Shown here in pieces: positions 63,551 to 64,000 of a stretch of 64,000 nt of DNA. A program made the position numbers and the translations under genes. Positions within the stretch are counted from its first letter, which is position 1; each line of letters begins with the position of its first letter. The notes beneath the pieces were generated by a model that was not told where the DNA came from, did not search any database, and saw nothing but the letters and a program-made list of their open reading frames with translations. Origin of the DNA: a virus; the IMG/VR virus record IMGVR_UViG_3300025929_000012, positions 32,001-96,000 of that record; one strand, given 5' to 3'.

Positions 63551-64000
63551 CCCTGCTCGACGACGCCAAGTTCTCCGAGGTGCTGCTCAGCTTCGAGCAC
63601 ACCGCCTTCAGGCTTGAGCTTCAGCGCTCCTACGCCGTCGCCCACGAGGCACCGCAGTTCGCGGCCTTCCTCCGGGGCGACCCTCAGCCGGGGCCGGACG
63701 ACCCTGAGCTGCGGGACTGGTACAAGGGCGTCGCCGGGCATGTCGCGCAGGGCGGCAAGGTGGAGCGAGTGCGCGTCCAGGAGGACCCGCCGACCGACTA
63801 CCAGCGGTTCGAGCGGTGGCTTGACCAGTGGAACATCGAGGCCGGCGAGGTCATGCGGTACATGACCCGGCAGCGTGCGCACGAGGTCGGGCTGCTGCCG
63901 GCGGCGGGAGACGCTGACTGGTGGCTGCTCGACTCAGCGCGGCTGATCGTGATGCGGTTCGATGACGCAGGGCACCGGATCGCAAGCGAGCTCGTCACCG
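63547..64000 (+). CDS. DUF6879-family protein (partial)
   Basis: FEHTAFRLEL..Y...RVRV..PPTDYQRFE...N.EAGE...DWWLLD. Confidence 0.85.
   Translation, partial: MTLLDDAKFSEVLLSFEHTAFRLELQRSYAVAHEAPQFAAFLRGDPQPGPDDPELRDWYKGVAGHVAQGGKVERVRVQEDPPTDYQRFERWLDQWNIEAGEVMRYMTRQRAHEVGLLPAAGDADWWLLDSARLIVMRFDDAGHRIASELVT

Larger units (their letters stand above)
1..64000. mobile_element. Actinobacterial siphovirus-like phage/prophage with FtsK-type transfer module (ends not in window)
   Basis: Canonical terminase-portal-MuF-protease-capsid-head/tail-tail tube-TAC-tape measure-minor tail order on the minus strand; WhiB, DUF6221-like and DUF6879-like genes point to an actinobacterial host. Confidence 0.95.

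Overview
Very GC-rich actinobacterial temperate phage/prophage segment, with no integrase, replication or endolysin gene in the window. A long minus-strand morphogenesis operon runs from ~52 kb to the left edge: ParB-methyltransferase, terminases, portal, MuF, putative internal head proteins including a ParB-zeta toxin, protease/scaffold, capsid, head-tail genes, tail tube, frameshifted chaperone, tape measure and minor tail/fibre genes. Two free-standing HNH nucleases sit inside it. About nine plus-strand cassettes interrupt it, each starting at a leaderless-type promoter. Four promoters share a 15-bp palindromic operator, CTTTACCNGGTAAAG. The right part (52-63 kb) is an early operon carrying an FtsK translocase, membrane proteins, NlpC/P60, a transglycosylase and WhiB, resembling a conjugative transfer module inside a tailed phage. 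Main candidate novelty is translational recoding of virion assembly genes: three 6-9 nt coding gaps that begin with TTA or TAA inside conserved motifs (candidate ribosomal bypassing), a candidate -1 frameshift fusing a head protein to the ParB-zeta toxin, and a stop-codon-linked terminator/antiterminator. Also notable is an HNH nuclease with six tandem CCCH zinc-finger-like repeats. Family assignments come from motif recognition by eye; no searches were run.
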